Of a stretch of DNA of 38,848 nucleotides, positions 25,233 to 33,912 are shown piece by piece. The notes under the pieces were generated by a model. The model did not search any database and was not told the DNA's origin. It saw only the letters and a list, made by a program, of their open reading frames with translations. The number at the start of each line of letters is the position of its first letter. Position 1 is the first letter of the stretch. The translations under genes and the position numbers were made by a program. The stretch is from contig JAZNUG010000094.1 in NCBI GenBank assembly GCA_045592165.1, positions 1 to 38,848 of the forward strand, read 5' to 3'. The DNA comes from Clostridia bacterium. GTDB taxonomy: Bacteria; Bacillota; Clostridia; Christensenellales; CAG-138.

Positions 25233-25991
25233 TTATTTTCCCCTCATTGCCCCGGCTATCTCATACATGAGTATGCCGGCGGCCACAGAAGCATTGAGGC
25301 TTTCTGCTCTGCCGTACATGGTCAGTCGGTATTTGCTGCACATTTCAGCAACCTCATCAGATACGCCGTTGCCTTCGTTGCCGATTATCAGCACACATTT
25401 ATCCCCTACGGCCGGCAAACTCTCTGCTCCATCCAGATGGCCGCATATCAGGGAAAAACCCTCCTGCCTGAGCCTGGGAAGCTCATTAACAAGTTCTCCC
25501 TGCCATACAGGAATATGATACAGGCTGCCCATTGTAGAGCGAAGCACCTTCGGGCCAAAGGGATCGGCACAGCCGCTGCCAAGCAGCAGTCCCACAGCGC
25601 CCATTGCGTCGGCAGTACGCAGAATGGTACCAAGATTCCCGGGATCCTGTACTCTGTCCAGCGCAACGATAAGACCTTCGGGGTATTTTTCCGCAGGAGC
25701 AGTATCCGGAGTACGCACGGCAGCGCAGATCCATTGAGGAGTGCCGGTATCCGTCATGCTCTCAAGCACCCTGCGGGTAACGGTATATACCTTTGCTGCA
25801 GCAGATGCCAGTTCCTCTGCCTCCCTGCCTTCCTCGATAAACAGCTCGGCAATATCCGCACCGGAAGCTATCGCTTCCCTCACCAGCCTCTCGCCTTCAA
25901 TAAGATGAAGCCCGGCTTCCTGCCTGCCTTTTTTGGCGGCAAGGGAACGCATGCGCTTTACGGTATCATTCTGGGTGCTCTGGATAAGCAT
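25233..25991 (-). CDS. TrmH/SpoU-family RNA 2'-O-methyltransferase
   Basis: 252 aa with the SPOUT C-terminal motifs GNEGNGVS and ESLNASVAAGILMYE. GGAGGG lies 9 nt upstream of the ATG at 25991. Confidence 0.85.
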   Translation of the reverse strand: MLIQSTQNDTVKRMRSLAAKKGRQEAGLHLIEGERLVREAIASGADIAELFIEEGREAEELASAAAKVYTVTRRVLESMTDTGTPQWICAAVRTPDTAPAEKYPEGLIVALDRVQDPGNLGTILRTADAMGAVGLLLGSGCADPFGPKVLRSTMGSLYHIPVWQGELVNELPRLRQEGFSLICGHLDGAESLPAVGDKCVLIIGNEGNGVSDEVAEMCSKYRLTMYGRAESLNASVAAGILMYEIAGAMRGK

Positions 25992-26007
25992 AGGTATATC
26001 CCTCCAA

Positions 26008-26051
26008 CAAAAAAATAAGAAAAGGGCGCAGCCGGATATTGCGACTGCGCC
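26008..26051 (-). terminator. Intrinsic terminator after rplT
   Basis: The stem GGCGCAG / CTGCGCC (26025..26051) is followed in minus sense by CTTTTCTTATTTTTT. Confidence 0.6.
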
Positions 26052-26065
26052 TTATTTGCTGTTAA

Positions 26066-26422
26066 TTATGCGCGGGCCTCAACAGCGATATCAGCCAGCT
26101 TCTTGAAGGCGGCCATATCGTTTACTGCCAGGTCAGCCAGAACCTTGCGGTTTACATCTACGCCAGCCTTCTTGAGGCCGTCGATCATGCGGCTGTAGGT
26201 GGTGCCGCAAATGCGGGCGCCGGCGTTGATACGGGCGATCCACAGCTTGCGATACTCACGCTTCTTGAGCTTACGGCCAACATAGGCGTAAGCCATGGAG
26301 CGCATTACCTGCTGGGAAGCAGAGCGATACTGCTTGCTCTTAGCGCCATAGTAGCCCTTAGCAAGCTTGAAAACCTTGCGGCGTTTTTTAACGGCATTAA
26401 CTGCTCTCTTAATTCTTGCCAT
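26066..26422 (-). CDS. rplT: 50S ribosomal protein L20
   Basis: The product [30 protein letters not shown]...[11 protein letters not shown] is a canonical L20 sequence. Confidence 0.97.
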   Translation of the reverse strand: MARIKRAVNAVKKRRKVFKLAKGYYGAKSKQYRSASQQVMRSMAYAYVGRKLKKREYRKLWIARINAGARICGTTYSRMIDGLKKAGVDVNRKVLADLAVNDMAAFKKLADIAVEARA

Positions 26423-26435
26423 GATTCATTTCCTC

Positions 26436-26633
26436 CTACTTGTAAGGTATCAGCTCGCGAACCTTCTTGGCTTCGCACTCGGCAATGTAGCCGGTCTGAC
26501 GCAGTCTGCGGCCGCGCTTGGTGGTCTTCTTGGTAAGGATGTGGCTCTTGTAAGCCTTTGCTCTCTTAATCTTGCCAGACTTGGTGAGGCTGAAACGCTT
26601 TGCCGCACCCCTGTGAGTCTTGATTTTAGGCAT
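26436..26633 (-). CDS. rpmI: 50S ribosomal protein L35
   Basis: The product MPKIKTHRGAAKRF... is 65 aa and lies between infC and rplT. Confidence 0.97.
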   Translation of the reverse strand: MPKIKTHRGAAKRFSLTKSGKIKRAKAYKSHILTKKTTKRGRRLRQTGYIAECEAKKVRELIPYK

Positions 26634-26649
26634 GGGGTTTCCTCCTGTA

Positions 26650-27165
26650 TTAATTGGTTTTAGGTGTTAATATCATGAACATATTGCGGCCTTCCTGCTT
26701 TGCAGGACGATCGATCGCAGCACTGTCCTTGACCATTTCGTAAAAAGCGTCCATTACATCCAGACCCAGGTCGCCATGCTTAATCTGGCGGCCGCGGAAG
26801 CGGATGGTCACCTTTACCTTGTCCCCGTTCTTGAGGAACTTTTCGGTAGCCTTGGCTTTAACTTCCATATCGTGGGTATCGATGGTGGCGGAAAGGCGAA
26901 TTTCCTTTACTTCGATAACCTTCTGGTTCTTCTTGGCTTCCTTCTCGCGCTTGCCCTGTTCGAACTTATACTTGCCGTAGTCCATAATCTTACATACGGG
27001 CGGGGTTGCCTGAGGGGCGATCTTTACGAGATCCAGACCGGCTTCATCGGCCATACGGAAAGCCACATCCAGCTGGACTATTCCCTGCTGGTTTCCTTCT
27101 TCGTCGATAAGGCGCACTTCCTTGTCGCGAATTTCTTCATTGATCTGAAGTTCTTCCTTGGCTAT
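26650..27165 (-). CDS. infC: Translation initiation factor IF-3, probable non-AUG (AUA) start
   Basis: The IF-3 sequence continues upstream of the ORF-track start as IAKEELQINEEIRDKEVRLIDEEG. There is no in-frame ATG/GTG/TTG near the RBS. The ATA at 27165..27163 lies 8 nt after GGAGGT (27179..27174). Confidence 0.88.
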   Translation of the reverse strand: MAKEELQINEEIRDKEVRLIDEEGNQQGIVQLDVAFRMADEAGLDLVKIAPQATPPVCKIMDYGKYKFEQGKREKEAKKNQKVIEVKEIRLSATIDTHDMEVKAKATEKFLKNGDKVKVTIRFRGRQIKHGDLGLDVMDAFYEMVKDSAAIDRPAKQEGRNMFMILTPKTN

Positions 27166-27306
27166 GGTGGGACACCTCCATAAATAAAATTCAGCGGGTC
27201 AGAAACTACCCGCTGAACGCATTAAACCCATATGGATTATTACTGCCTGATACCGCGCCTGACTGTGCCGCCGGCGGGTGAGAAGCGGGCTGCTTCTGCT
27301 TTTACC
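27166..27306 (-). promoter_or_regulatory. infC operon leader with an attenuator terminator (L20-leader type)
   Basis: The hairpin TTCAGCGGGT / ACCCGCTGAA (27190..27217) plus UUUUAUUUAU lies immediately 5' of the infC RBS. An upstream second copy of ACCCGC (plus-strand GCGGGT at 27274..27279) could pair with the terminator 5' arm as an antiterminator. Confidence 0.6.
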
Positions 27307-27313
27307 GTGGGTT

Positions 27314-27341
27314 ATTATACCACATCACAGGCGATTGTCAA
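27314..27341 (-). promoter_or_regulatory. Sigma-A promoter of the infC-rpmI-rplT operon
   Basis: In minus sense: TTGACA (27341..27336), a 16-nt spacer ending in TGg, then TATAAT (27319..27314). Confidence 0.7.
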
Positions 27342-27377
27342 TGGATTTTTTAGATTTTATCTATATATTTTGGCCTT

Positions 27378-28598
27378 TTAGCCTTTGAGTACAGCCTTGC
27401 AGTAATTCTTGATCTGCTCAACAGTGCCCTCCACGTCGCTGGCGCCGCCAACGGGTGCGCTGCCCTGAGCAAACTCATCACGTCCGCCGCCCTTGCCGCC
27501 TACTGCGGCGTTAACAGCCTGAATAAGTTCCCTTACGCTATACTTTACGCACTTGCCTCTGGCCAGCTGATACATAAGGCTTTCGCCATTGAGGGCAAAC
27601 AGCACCGCAAGGGCATCGGGCTGCTGGGTAAGCTTTTCAGCAAGAGTCTTGAGCTCGTTCATCTGGGCGCCCTGCTGCAAGCCTATCACGAGGCGGGTAC
27701 CGTTGATATTCTCAGCATTCTCCAGCAATTCTGCTGCAATGTACTTCTGAAGCTGCTGGGTGCGCTCACGAAGCTGATGCTTTGCGGCGTTCAGCTCATC
27801 TCCCTGACGGATAACCGCAGAAACCACATCCTCCGCCTTGGCGCTGAAGCGCACGGCAAGGGTATCCACGATATCCTGGTTCCTCATAGAATCCTCTACG
27901 GCCCTCATGCCGCAGGCAAACCATATACGGGTGCCGCCCTTGTATTTTATATGGGAAGTGATCTTGATATAGCCCACCTCGCCGGACAGGGCAACATGGG
28001 TGCCGCAGCAGGTGCAGGAATCCACCGCCCCATCGTCAAAATAGACTATGCGAATATCTCCGGTAAGTCCCTTTGCCTGCTTGCGCAGAGGAATGTTTTC
28101 CAGTTCTTCTCCCTGCACAACAACACAGGTCACAGGTACATTGCGCTGAACCGCCTTATTGGCCTCCCGCTGAAGCTGATGTATCTGCTCATGGGAAAGG
28201 AACGTGTCAAGGTCTAATGTGGCATAGTCCTCAGCCATATGAAAGCCCACATTCACCGCGCCGAACAGCTTGCTTGCAAGGCCGGAGAGTATATGCTCGC
28301 CGCTGTGCTGACAGGTATGGTCAATGCGGGGCTCAGCATCAGCTATAACTATAACCTCGGCTCCCTTTTCAAGGGGCCTGTCAGCCATATGCCATACCAG
28401 TTCCCCATCCTCGCGGGCATGGGATATTACGGCATCCCCAATACGGCCGGTATCAGAAAGCTGTCCGCCGCTTTCAGGGAAAATAGAAGTAACGTCGGTA
28501 AGTATTTCATAGCCGCCTTCCACGGCAACGCAATCCAGCACCACAGCACTGCAGCTGAGAGCGCCGTCATTATAATAAGCACGTTTAGTCATATTCAT
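27378..28598 (-). CDS. AlaX-L type alanyl-tRNA editing protein (AlaRS second additional domain plus DHHA1-like C-terminus)
   Basis: It has the HxxxH zinc motif (CQHSGEHILSG) and the CCGTH motif. The C-terminal segment GGKGGGRDEFAQG is typical of the AlaRS C-terminal domain. The start may instead be the ATG at 28592. Confidence 0.85.
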   Translation of the reverse strand: MNMTKRAYYNDGALSCSAVVLDCVAVEGGYEILTDVTSIFPESGGQLSDTGRIGDAVISHAREDGELVWHMADRPLEKGAEVIVIADAEPRIDHTCQHSGEHILSGLASKLFGAVNVGFHMAEDYATLDLDTFLSHEQIHQLQREANKAVQRNVPVTCVVVQGEELENIPLRKQAKGLTGDIRIVYFDDGAVDSCTCCGTHVALSGEVGYIKITSHIKYKGGTRIWFACGMRAVEDSMRNQDIVDTLAVRFSAKAEDVVSAVIRQGDELNAAKHQLRERTQQLQKYIAAELLENAENINGTRLVIGLQQGAQMNELKTLAEKLTQQPDALAVLFALNGESLMYQLARGKCVKYSVRELIQAVNAAVGGKGGGRDEFAQGSAPVGGASDVEGTVEQIKNYCKAVLKG

Positions 28599-28661
28599 CT
28601 TCTCCGTTCAGAGCATTTCGTACAGTTATTAGCATACAAAACCCAGAGGAAAAATGCAATA

Positions 28662-28693
28662 TAAAACAGCGCCGCATACTCATGCGGCGCTGT
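28662..28693 (-). terminator. Intrinsic terminator after the PrsA-like gene
   Basis: A 12-bp stem, ACAGCGCCGCAT / ATGCGGCGCTGT, is followed in minus sense by TTTTAT. Confidence 0.8.
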
Positions 28694-28709
28694 GCTTTGT
28701 TTCATTTGA

Positions 28710-29885
28710 TTACTGATTTACGCCAACGTACTTTACGCGGTCGTCATAGGTAACGATATCAAGGGTTTCCTTCCACTCGGCAGCCTTGGCAGCGTAGATT
28801 TCTTCCTTAACATCGGTGAGGATCAGGTTCACGATTTCGTCTCTTACCTCATCCAGAGCAACGGGCTCGGTGCTTACATCAGCATAGCGCTTGATGATAT
28901 GGATACCGTAGGAGCCTTCTGCCATGCCGGAAACATCGCCTTCCTTCTTCAGCTCTGCAGCTGCCTGCTGGAAAGCTTCGTCATAGATGCCCTCGAAGTC
29001 CGCACCAATGATGTAACCCTCGGTGTAGGTTTCCATACCGGGATCCTCGTTGTATTCCTCAATAAGGGCCTCGAAATCTTCGCCGGCGTTTACCTTATCC
29101 ATTACTTCCTGAGCAAGGGCCTTATAATCCCGGTCCTTATCCTCTTCGTCAGCATTCTCGGTATTCCTGATAAGGATGTGCTTTACATAGTACAGTCCCT
29201 CGGGAGCCTGCAGGGGACGAAGCTGGCCGTAATAGTCGGTGTACATATCGTCAGTGTAGTACTGGCTGGAATCGGCAGAGTAAGCTTCGATGTCAGCGGC
29301 CAGTTCTTCTTCGTAGCGGGCCTGAATCTCTTCCTCGGTAGGATCGGCTATGTCGGCATAGATGGTATCCAGAAGCTTGTTGCCCAGAGCGTTGTCAAGG
29401 TATTCCTTTTCCATATCTGCAAGCAGGCCTTCATAGGTCAGGCCGGCAGCCTTGTAGGAAGCATCGAATTCCTTAATGGCGGCAGCCCTGCGCTCGGCTT
29501 CGTCCTCGATTTCGGAATTCATGAAGCTTGCAAGGTAGCTTTCCATCATCAGGTAAGCGTCATTCTTTGCGGTTTCGGTTTCCTCATCGGTAAGGGTGAT
29601 TCCCTCAGCATGGGCCTGAGCCATGGGAATAACGGAATCAACCATCATTTCCATAATCATATCACGGCCTTCCTGGGCAGTGATGGCAGTGCTGGTATCA
29701 ATGATGCCATACTGGGCATAGGTCATGAAGGAATTGTAGAAAGCAGAATACTTGATCTCAATGTCCCCGACCTTGGCAACCACGGGATCACTAACCACTG
29801 CACTGCAGCCAACCAGAGCGGTGACGGTCAGCATCAGAGTCATTACAGCAGCCACAAGGCGAAGGGTACGGGTGTTCTTACGCAT
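28710..29885 (-). CDS. Lipoprotein peptidyl-prolyl isomerase (PrsA/SurA-like, parvulin domain)
   Basis: The signal peptide carries the lipobox LVGC. The PpiC-type segment reads YYVKHILI...GYIIG...GSYGIHIIKR. The RBS is AAGGAGA. Confidence 0.85.
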   Translation of the reverse strand: MRKNTRTLRLVAAVMTLMLTVTALVGCSAVVSDPVVAKVGDIEIKYSAFYNSFMTYAQYGIIDTSTAITAQEGRDMIMEMMVDSVIPMAQAHAEGITLTDEETETAKNDAYLMMESYLASFMNSEIEDEAERRAAAIKEFDASYKAAGLTYEGLLADMEKEYLDNALGNKLLDTIYADIADPTEEEIQARYEEELAADIEAYSADSSQYYTDDMYTDYYGQLRPLQAPEGLYYVKHILIRNTENADEEDKDRDYKALAQEVMDKVNAGEDFEALIEEYNEDPGMETYTEGYIIGADFEGIYDEAFQQAAAELKKEGDVSGMAEGSYGIHIIKRYADVSTEPVALDEVRDEIVNLILTDVKEEIYAAKAAEWKETLDIVTYDDRVKYVGVNQ

Positions 29886-30169
29886 AGTTTATCTCCTTAA
29901 TGTGTGTATGTAACGCAGGCGGCTTTTTCAATAAGAGGCCGCACCGGTTAAGCCGATTTACAACCTTATCTATTTTATCCTTTAGACCCTGCCCTGTCAA
30001 CGAAAGAACGTTCTGTTTCAAAAAATGTACGTTTTTTGTCATAGGTTTTCCACCATCAGACAATTTTAACAATTCTTTCACCTTAAGTTCGTTGTCATTT
30101 CTGTGTACAGGAGATATGTTTAAAGCATAATAATGCTATTATGCTTAAAGCAGCAAGCAAGGAGCAATT

Positions 30170-30709
30170 ATGAGGCATATTCCAAACATACTTACTTCCA
30201 TCCGCATATTTATGGCCGGAGTATTTGCTTTCTTTTTTCTTCAGCATGAGTATGTAGCATGCTCAATATCCTTCGGCATATCCATGCTGACCGATGTGCT
30301 GGACGGCGCCCTTGCCCGGGCAAACAACTGGGTCAGCGATCTTGGTAAAATTCTGGACCCTGTGGCCGATAAAGTAACGCTGCTGGTAATATCCGCCTGC
30401 TTTTACAGGGCGGGATGGATACCCCAGTTCATGCTGATTGCCGTAATATTAAAGGAAACAATGATGCTTGTCGGCGGTTTTATCATGCTCCGCTGCAATG
30501 CTGTGGCCCATTCCGATGTTTTCGGCAAAGCCGCCACCACCCTGTTCAGTACCAGCATAGTAATGGCGCTGATAAGAGAACTAAACTTTTCCCCCTTCCT
30601 TACCCGCATATGCGATGCCAGCACATTCGTATTCGGCCTGTCGGTAGTATTTTCCTTCGTTGCCCTGATACATTACGGCAGAACGCAATTCGCAAGACGC
30701 AAAGCCTGA
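30170..30709 (+). CDS. pgsA: CDP-alcohol phosphatidyltransferase, PgsA-like
   Basis: 179 aa with IPNILTSIRI and the motif DVLDGALAR-x8-G-x3-DPVADK (DGxxARx8Gx3Dx3D). The RBS is AAGGAG. Confidence 0.75.
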   Translation: MRHIPNILTSIRIFMAGVFAFFFLQHEYVACSISFGISMLTDVLDGALARANNWVSDLGKILDPVADKVTLLVISACFYRAGWIPQFMLIAVILKETMMLVGGFIMLRCNAVAHSDVFGKAATTLFSTSIVMALIRELNFSPFLTRICDASTFVFGLSVVFSFVALIHYGRTQFARRKA

Positions 30710-30727
30710 ATACTTCATAAATCACCG

Positions 30728-30749
30728 AACGCCCTTCCGGGCGTTTTTT
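30728..30749 (+). terminator. Intrinsic terminator
   Basis: AACGCCC-TTCC-GGGCGTT followed by TTTTT. Confidence 0.8.
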
Positions 30750-30814
30750 ATTGCACACTTTTCTCAGCCCCGCAATATTATAAAGCAACAACATTATGGA
30801 GGATAATGCCTTAT

Positions 30815-31813
30815 ATGAAAAAACTGACAGCGGCAGTACTTTGTCTGCTGACAATGCTGTGCCTTTGGGGATGCAGCGCAGAAAGCAGCGGCCTTCGCAC
30901 CGTTACCTTAAACGAAGTAACCCGTTCGGTATTTTATGCCCCCCTGTACGCGGCCTGCTCCATGGGTTTCTTTGAAGAGGAAGGGCTGATGGTGGATATC
31001 GTCACCGGCGGCGGCAGCGATGCCAGCATGACAGCCCTTTTATCCGGAGATGCGGACGTTGCCCTGATGGGCCCGGAAACCGGCATTTATGTGGTAAATC
31101 AGGGCAAGGAAGATCACCCTATGATAGTTGCCCAGCTTACCAAGCGGGACGGCTCATTTTTGTTGGGCCGCGAAGCGGACCCCGATTTCGACTTTGAAAA
31201 ACTGCGCGGAAAATCCGTAATCGGCGGCCGTCCGGGCGGAATGCCCTATATGACGCTGCTGTATGTGCTGAGAAATCACGGTCTTGAGCCGGGCAAAGAC
31301 GTGGAGGTTATAAGCAACATCCAGTTCAATCTTATGGGCGGAGCATTTGAAAGCGGCACGGGTGATTACGTTACCCTCTTTGAGCCTGTTGCCTCTTCAT
31401 TTGAAACCCAGGGCAAGGGTCACATTGTAACCAACATGGGCCTTGAAAGCGGCGAGGTACCCTATACCACCTTCATGATGCGCCGGCAAACCATTGAGCA
31501 GGATCCGGAATTCGCAGAGGCCTTTGTTCGGGCCATTTATAAAGCGCAAAAATGGGTATGGGCCGCATCCGACCAGGAGGTTGCCGCTGCCATGCAGGAC
31601 TATTTCCCGGATACCGACCTTGAGACCCTTGCCATGGTTGCCAATAGCTACCGGGCAACCGACTCCTGGACCAAGGTGCCCACCATGACAGAGGATGCAT
31701 TTTCCAGGCTTCAGGATATAATGGACGGAGCCGGCGAGCTTTCTGCCAGAGTGGAGCTGAGCGAGCTTGTGGATAACAGCTTTGGCGAAATGGCAATGAC
31801 GGAAACAGACTGA
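30815..31813 (+). CDS. Lipoprotein, NMT1/THI5-like ABC-type substrate-binding protein (orphan)
   Basis: The ATG at 30815 has a GGAGGA RBS, and the lipobox is LWGCSA. The sequence shows a periplasmic-binding-protein class II pattern. No permease or ATPase gene is adjacent. Confidence 0.75.
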   Translation: MKKLTAAVLCLLTMLCLWGCSAESSGLRTVTLNEVTRSVFYAPLYAACSMGFFEEEGLMVDIVTGGGSDASMTALLSGDADVALMGPETGIYVVNQGKEDHPMIVAQLTKRDGSFLLGREADPDFDFEKLRGKSVIGGRPGGMPYMTLLYVLRNHGLEPGKDVEVISNIQFNLMGGAFESGTGDYVTLFEPVASSFETQGKGHIVTNMGLESGEVPYTTFMMRRQTIEQDPEFAEAFVRAIYKAQKWVWAASDQEVAAAMQDYFPDTDLETLAMVANSYRATDSWTKVPTMTEDAFSRLQDIMDGAGELSARVELSELVDNSFGEMAMTETD

Positions 31814-31832
31814 TATTTCATCACAAATATGA

Positions 31833-31861
31833 ACAGCCCTGAACCTCAGGGCTGTGTCTTT
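31833..31861 (+). terminator. Intrinsic terminator
   Basis: ACAGCCCTGA-ACC-TCAGGGCTGT followed by GTCTTT. Confidence 0.75.
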
Positions 31862-32033
31862 AAATACAACGGTTTTGAGGTCGTACGGCGCACCATAGCT
31901 GTGTCATTTCCGGTTGGAATACACGGTGTACCTACTCCCTCAAGCTTCCTTGCTCTGCCTCACCCTATGCACCAAGTTTTCAGATAGGCAGTTTCCTGAT
32001 TGTTTTTACCGTGTCAGCCTGCGGCAGTCTCTG

Positions 32034-32651
32034 CTATCCGCAGGCCTGTTCGGCCTCCGAGGCCTGATTTACCCACGCGATAAATGTTTTATGATCTATA
32101 CCGAGACGCCTTCCGGCTTCTCTGGCAGATATTTCTTTATTCAGCCATGCCTTTCTGAATGTTTCAAATGCAGGGGGCTTTGGTATAGGAGGCCTGCCAA
32201 AGCGTATGCCTTTTGCCTGAGCAGCCGCTATTCCCTCCGCCTGCCTCTGCCGCATGAATTCGCGTTCAGTCTGAGCCACGTAACTCAATATCTGCAGCAC
32301 AAGATCCGCTATAAATGTGTCCGTAAGATCCCTTCCTTTCTGCCTTGTGTCCAATAACGGCATATCCAATACCACTATGGCCGCACCCTTGATCTTGGTT
32401 ATCATACGCCATTGTTCTATTATTTCCTCATAATTTCTTCCCAGCCTGTCAATGCTCTTTACCGCAACCACGTCCCCCGGTTTTATTACATTCATAAGCC
32501 TTTTATAAGCAGGACGGTTAAAATCCTTGCCTGACTGCTTATCCGCAAATATATTTTTATCCGCTATGCCAAATTCCTTCAAGGCAATATGCTGCCTGTC
32601 TTCATGCTGATCTCTGGTAGATACTCTTATGTATCCGTATATTTTTTCCAT
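32034..32651 (-). CDS. Small serine recombinase (resolvase/invertase family)
   Basis: 205 aa. The N-terminal catalytic motif is YGYIRVSTRDQ, followed by DRLGRN. The C-terminal HTH segment reads ISAREAGRRLGIDHKTFIAW. Confidence 0.9.
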   Translation of the reverse strand: MEKIYGYIRVSTRDQHEDRQHIALKEFGIADKNIFADKQSGKDFNRPAYKRLMNVIKPGDVVAVKSIDRLGRNYEEIIEQWRMITKIKGAAIVVLDMPLLDTRQKGRDLTDTFIADLVLQILSYVAQTEREFMRQRQAEGIAAAQAKGIRFGRPPIPKPPAFETFRKAWLNKEISAREAGRRLGIDHKTFIAWVNQASEAEQACG

Positions 32652-32723
32652 TTCAATTACTGCGCTCCTTTATAATAACGGCATGAAAATAACATATGTG
32701 TATTGTTTGGAATTTCATTTCAT

Positions 32724-32750
32724 AAAAAAAGCCTGTCACTGCTGACAGGC
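32724..32750 (-). terminator. Intrinsic terminator after plsY
   Basis: In minus sense, GCCTGTCA-GCAG-TGACAGGC is followed by TTTTTTT. Confidence 0.85.
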
Positions 32751-32759
32751 GGATTGATT

Positions 32760-33377
32760 TTATTGGTTATTTTGATCATCTTTTTTTACCAGTACGGGCT
32801 TTTCCTTCCCCTGTATCAGGCGAACGATGTTTTCCCGGTGGCGGTATACCACGATGATGAAAAGAATTGCAGTGGCTATCCTTTCCCAGGGATTATTTCC
32901 AAACAGCAGAGCAAGTATAAGATACACCGTAAAGCCGGTAAGAGATGCGGGAGAAATCATGCGGGATACCGCTGCAACGGTTCCGCCCAGCACAGCAGCT
33001 ATCAGTCCCCAGAAGGGATTCAGCAGCACGGCCGCACCAAGGGAAGAGGCAACGCCCTTGCCGCCCTTAAAGCGGAAAAATACAGGCCAGCAATGACCTA
33101 TTACTACGCCCAGTGCAGCGCAATATGCAGCATCCTGTCCGCCTAATGCCCTGCCCACCAGCACAGCACAGGCGCCCTTTATAAAGTCGCCGATAAAGGT
33201 GACTACGCCGGCCTTTATGCCGTATACCCTGAGCATATTGGTGCTGCCCGCATTGCCGCTGCCATGATGGCGCACGTCGTCATGATGCAGCAGATGGCTG
33301 AATATTACAGCAAACTGTACATTGCCTATGAGATATCCACCTATTGCCGCAATACAGCATATCAATGCCTGATTCAT
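32760..33377 (-). CDS. plsY: Glycerol-3-phosphate acyltransferase PlsY
   Basis: The ATG at 33377 has a GGAGGA RBS. The motifs GSGNAGSTN and FKGGKGVA are present, along with multiple TM segments. Confidence 0.9.
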   Translation of the reverse strand: MNQALICCIAAIGGYLIGNVQFAVIFSHLLHHDDVRHHGSGNAGSTNMLRVYGIKAGVVTFIGDFIKGACAVLVGRALGGQDAAYCAALGVVIGHCWPVFFRFKGGKGVASSLGAAVLLNPFWGLIAAVLGGTVAAVSRMISPASLTGFTVYLILALLFGNNPWERIATAILFIIVVYRHRENIVRLIQGKEKPVLVKKDDQNNQ

Positions 33378-33478
33378 CTGTCCTCCGCTTTTGTGTTTTT
33401 GTTTTTCCGTAAAAAGTGCCTGCAGGATGTACGCAGGCACTTTTATAAGTATTGTTTGACTATTGTGAGATTATGCCG

Positions 33479-33880
33479 TTAGTCCTCGTCCTCTTCCAGA
33501 ACGGGTACCAGAACTGCATTGCAGTTGGGGCAGAGCAGCTCTTCGCCGCACTCCAGCATTGCCTCGTCAAAGTAGATGGACTCGCCGCACTCGGGGCACT
33601 CCAGCTCTACATAGTCGTCCTCGTCGAAGTCTTCGTAATCTTCGTCGTCCTCGTCGAAATCGCCTTCCAGATAATCGTCGATATCGTCCAGCTCGTCGTA
33701 GATATCATCCAGGCACTCGTCGATCTCGGCCATAACGGCCTCGGTTTCGTCGATGGCATCGGCCATCTCATCCATGACAGCGATCATGGCATTGAGCAGC
33801 TTGCCCTGACCCTCGTCGCCGATGTTCATGCCTTCTGCAAGACCCCTAAGGTATGCCACTTTTTCCTTCATGTAACCCAT
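33479..33880 (-). CDS. Highly acidic zinc-ribbon protein, conserved hypothetical
   Basis: 133 aa with an AAGGAGG RBS. It has an Asp/Glu-rich core (DDIDDYLEGDFDEDDEDYEDFDEDD) and CPECG...CPNCN. Confidence 0.75.
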   Translation of the reverse strand: MGYMKEKVAYLRGLAEGMNIGDEGQGKLLNAMIAVMDEMADAIDETEAVMAEIDECLDDIYDELDDIDDYLEGDFDEDDEDYEDFDEDDYVELECPECGESIYFDEAMLECGEELLCPNCNAVLVPVLEEDED

Positions 33881-33912
33881 AGTTGACCTCCTTGCTTTTC
33901 TGTTAGGCTTTG

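Noticed and set aside
29878-30081. A 67-aa basic ORF upstream of, and overlapping, the PrsA-like start.
   Set aside because: It has a weak RBS and no motif. It overlaps the PrsA RBS and start codon. It is more likely the non-coding 5' region of the PrsA-like gene, and only ribosome profiling could rescue it.
30128-30151. The 10-bp perfect inverted repeat AAGCATAATA-atgc-TATTATGCTT just upstream of the pgsA-like RBS.
   Set aside because: It has no T-tract, so it is not a terminator. It has no recognisable operator consensus, and AT-rich palindromes of this size occur by chance in promoter regions.
31862-32033. A possible invertible promoter (inverton) next to the serine recombinase.
   Set aside because: Only 6-7-bp inverted matches flank the segment. 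This is far below the 15-30-bp repeats typical of invertons, and I saw no promoter inside the segment.
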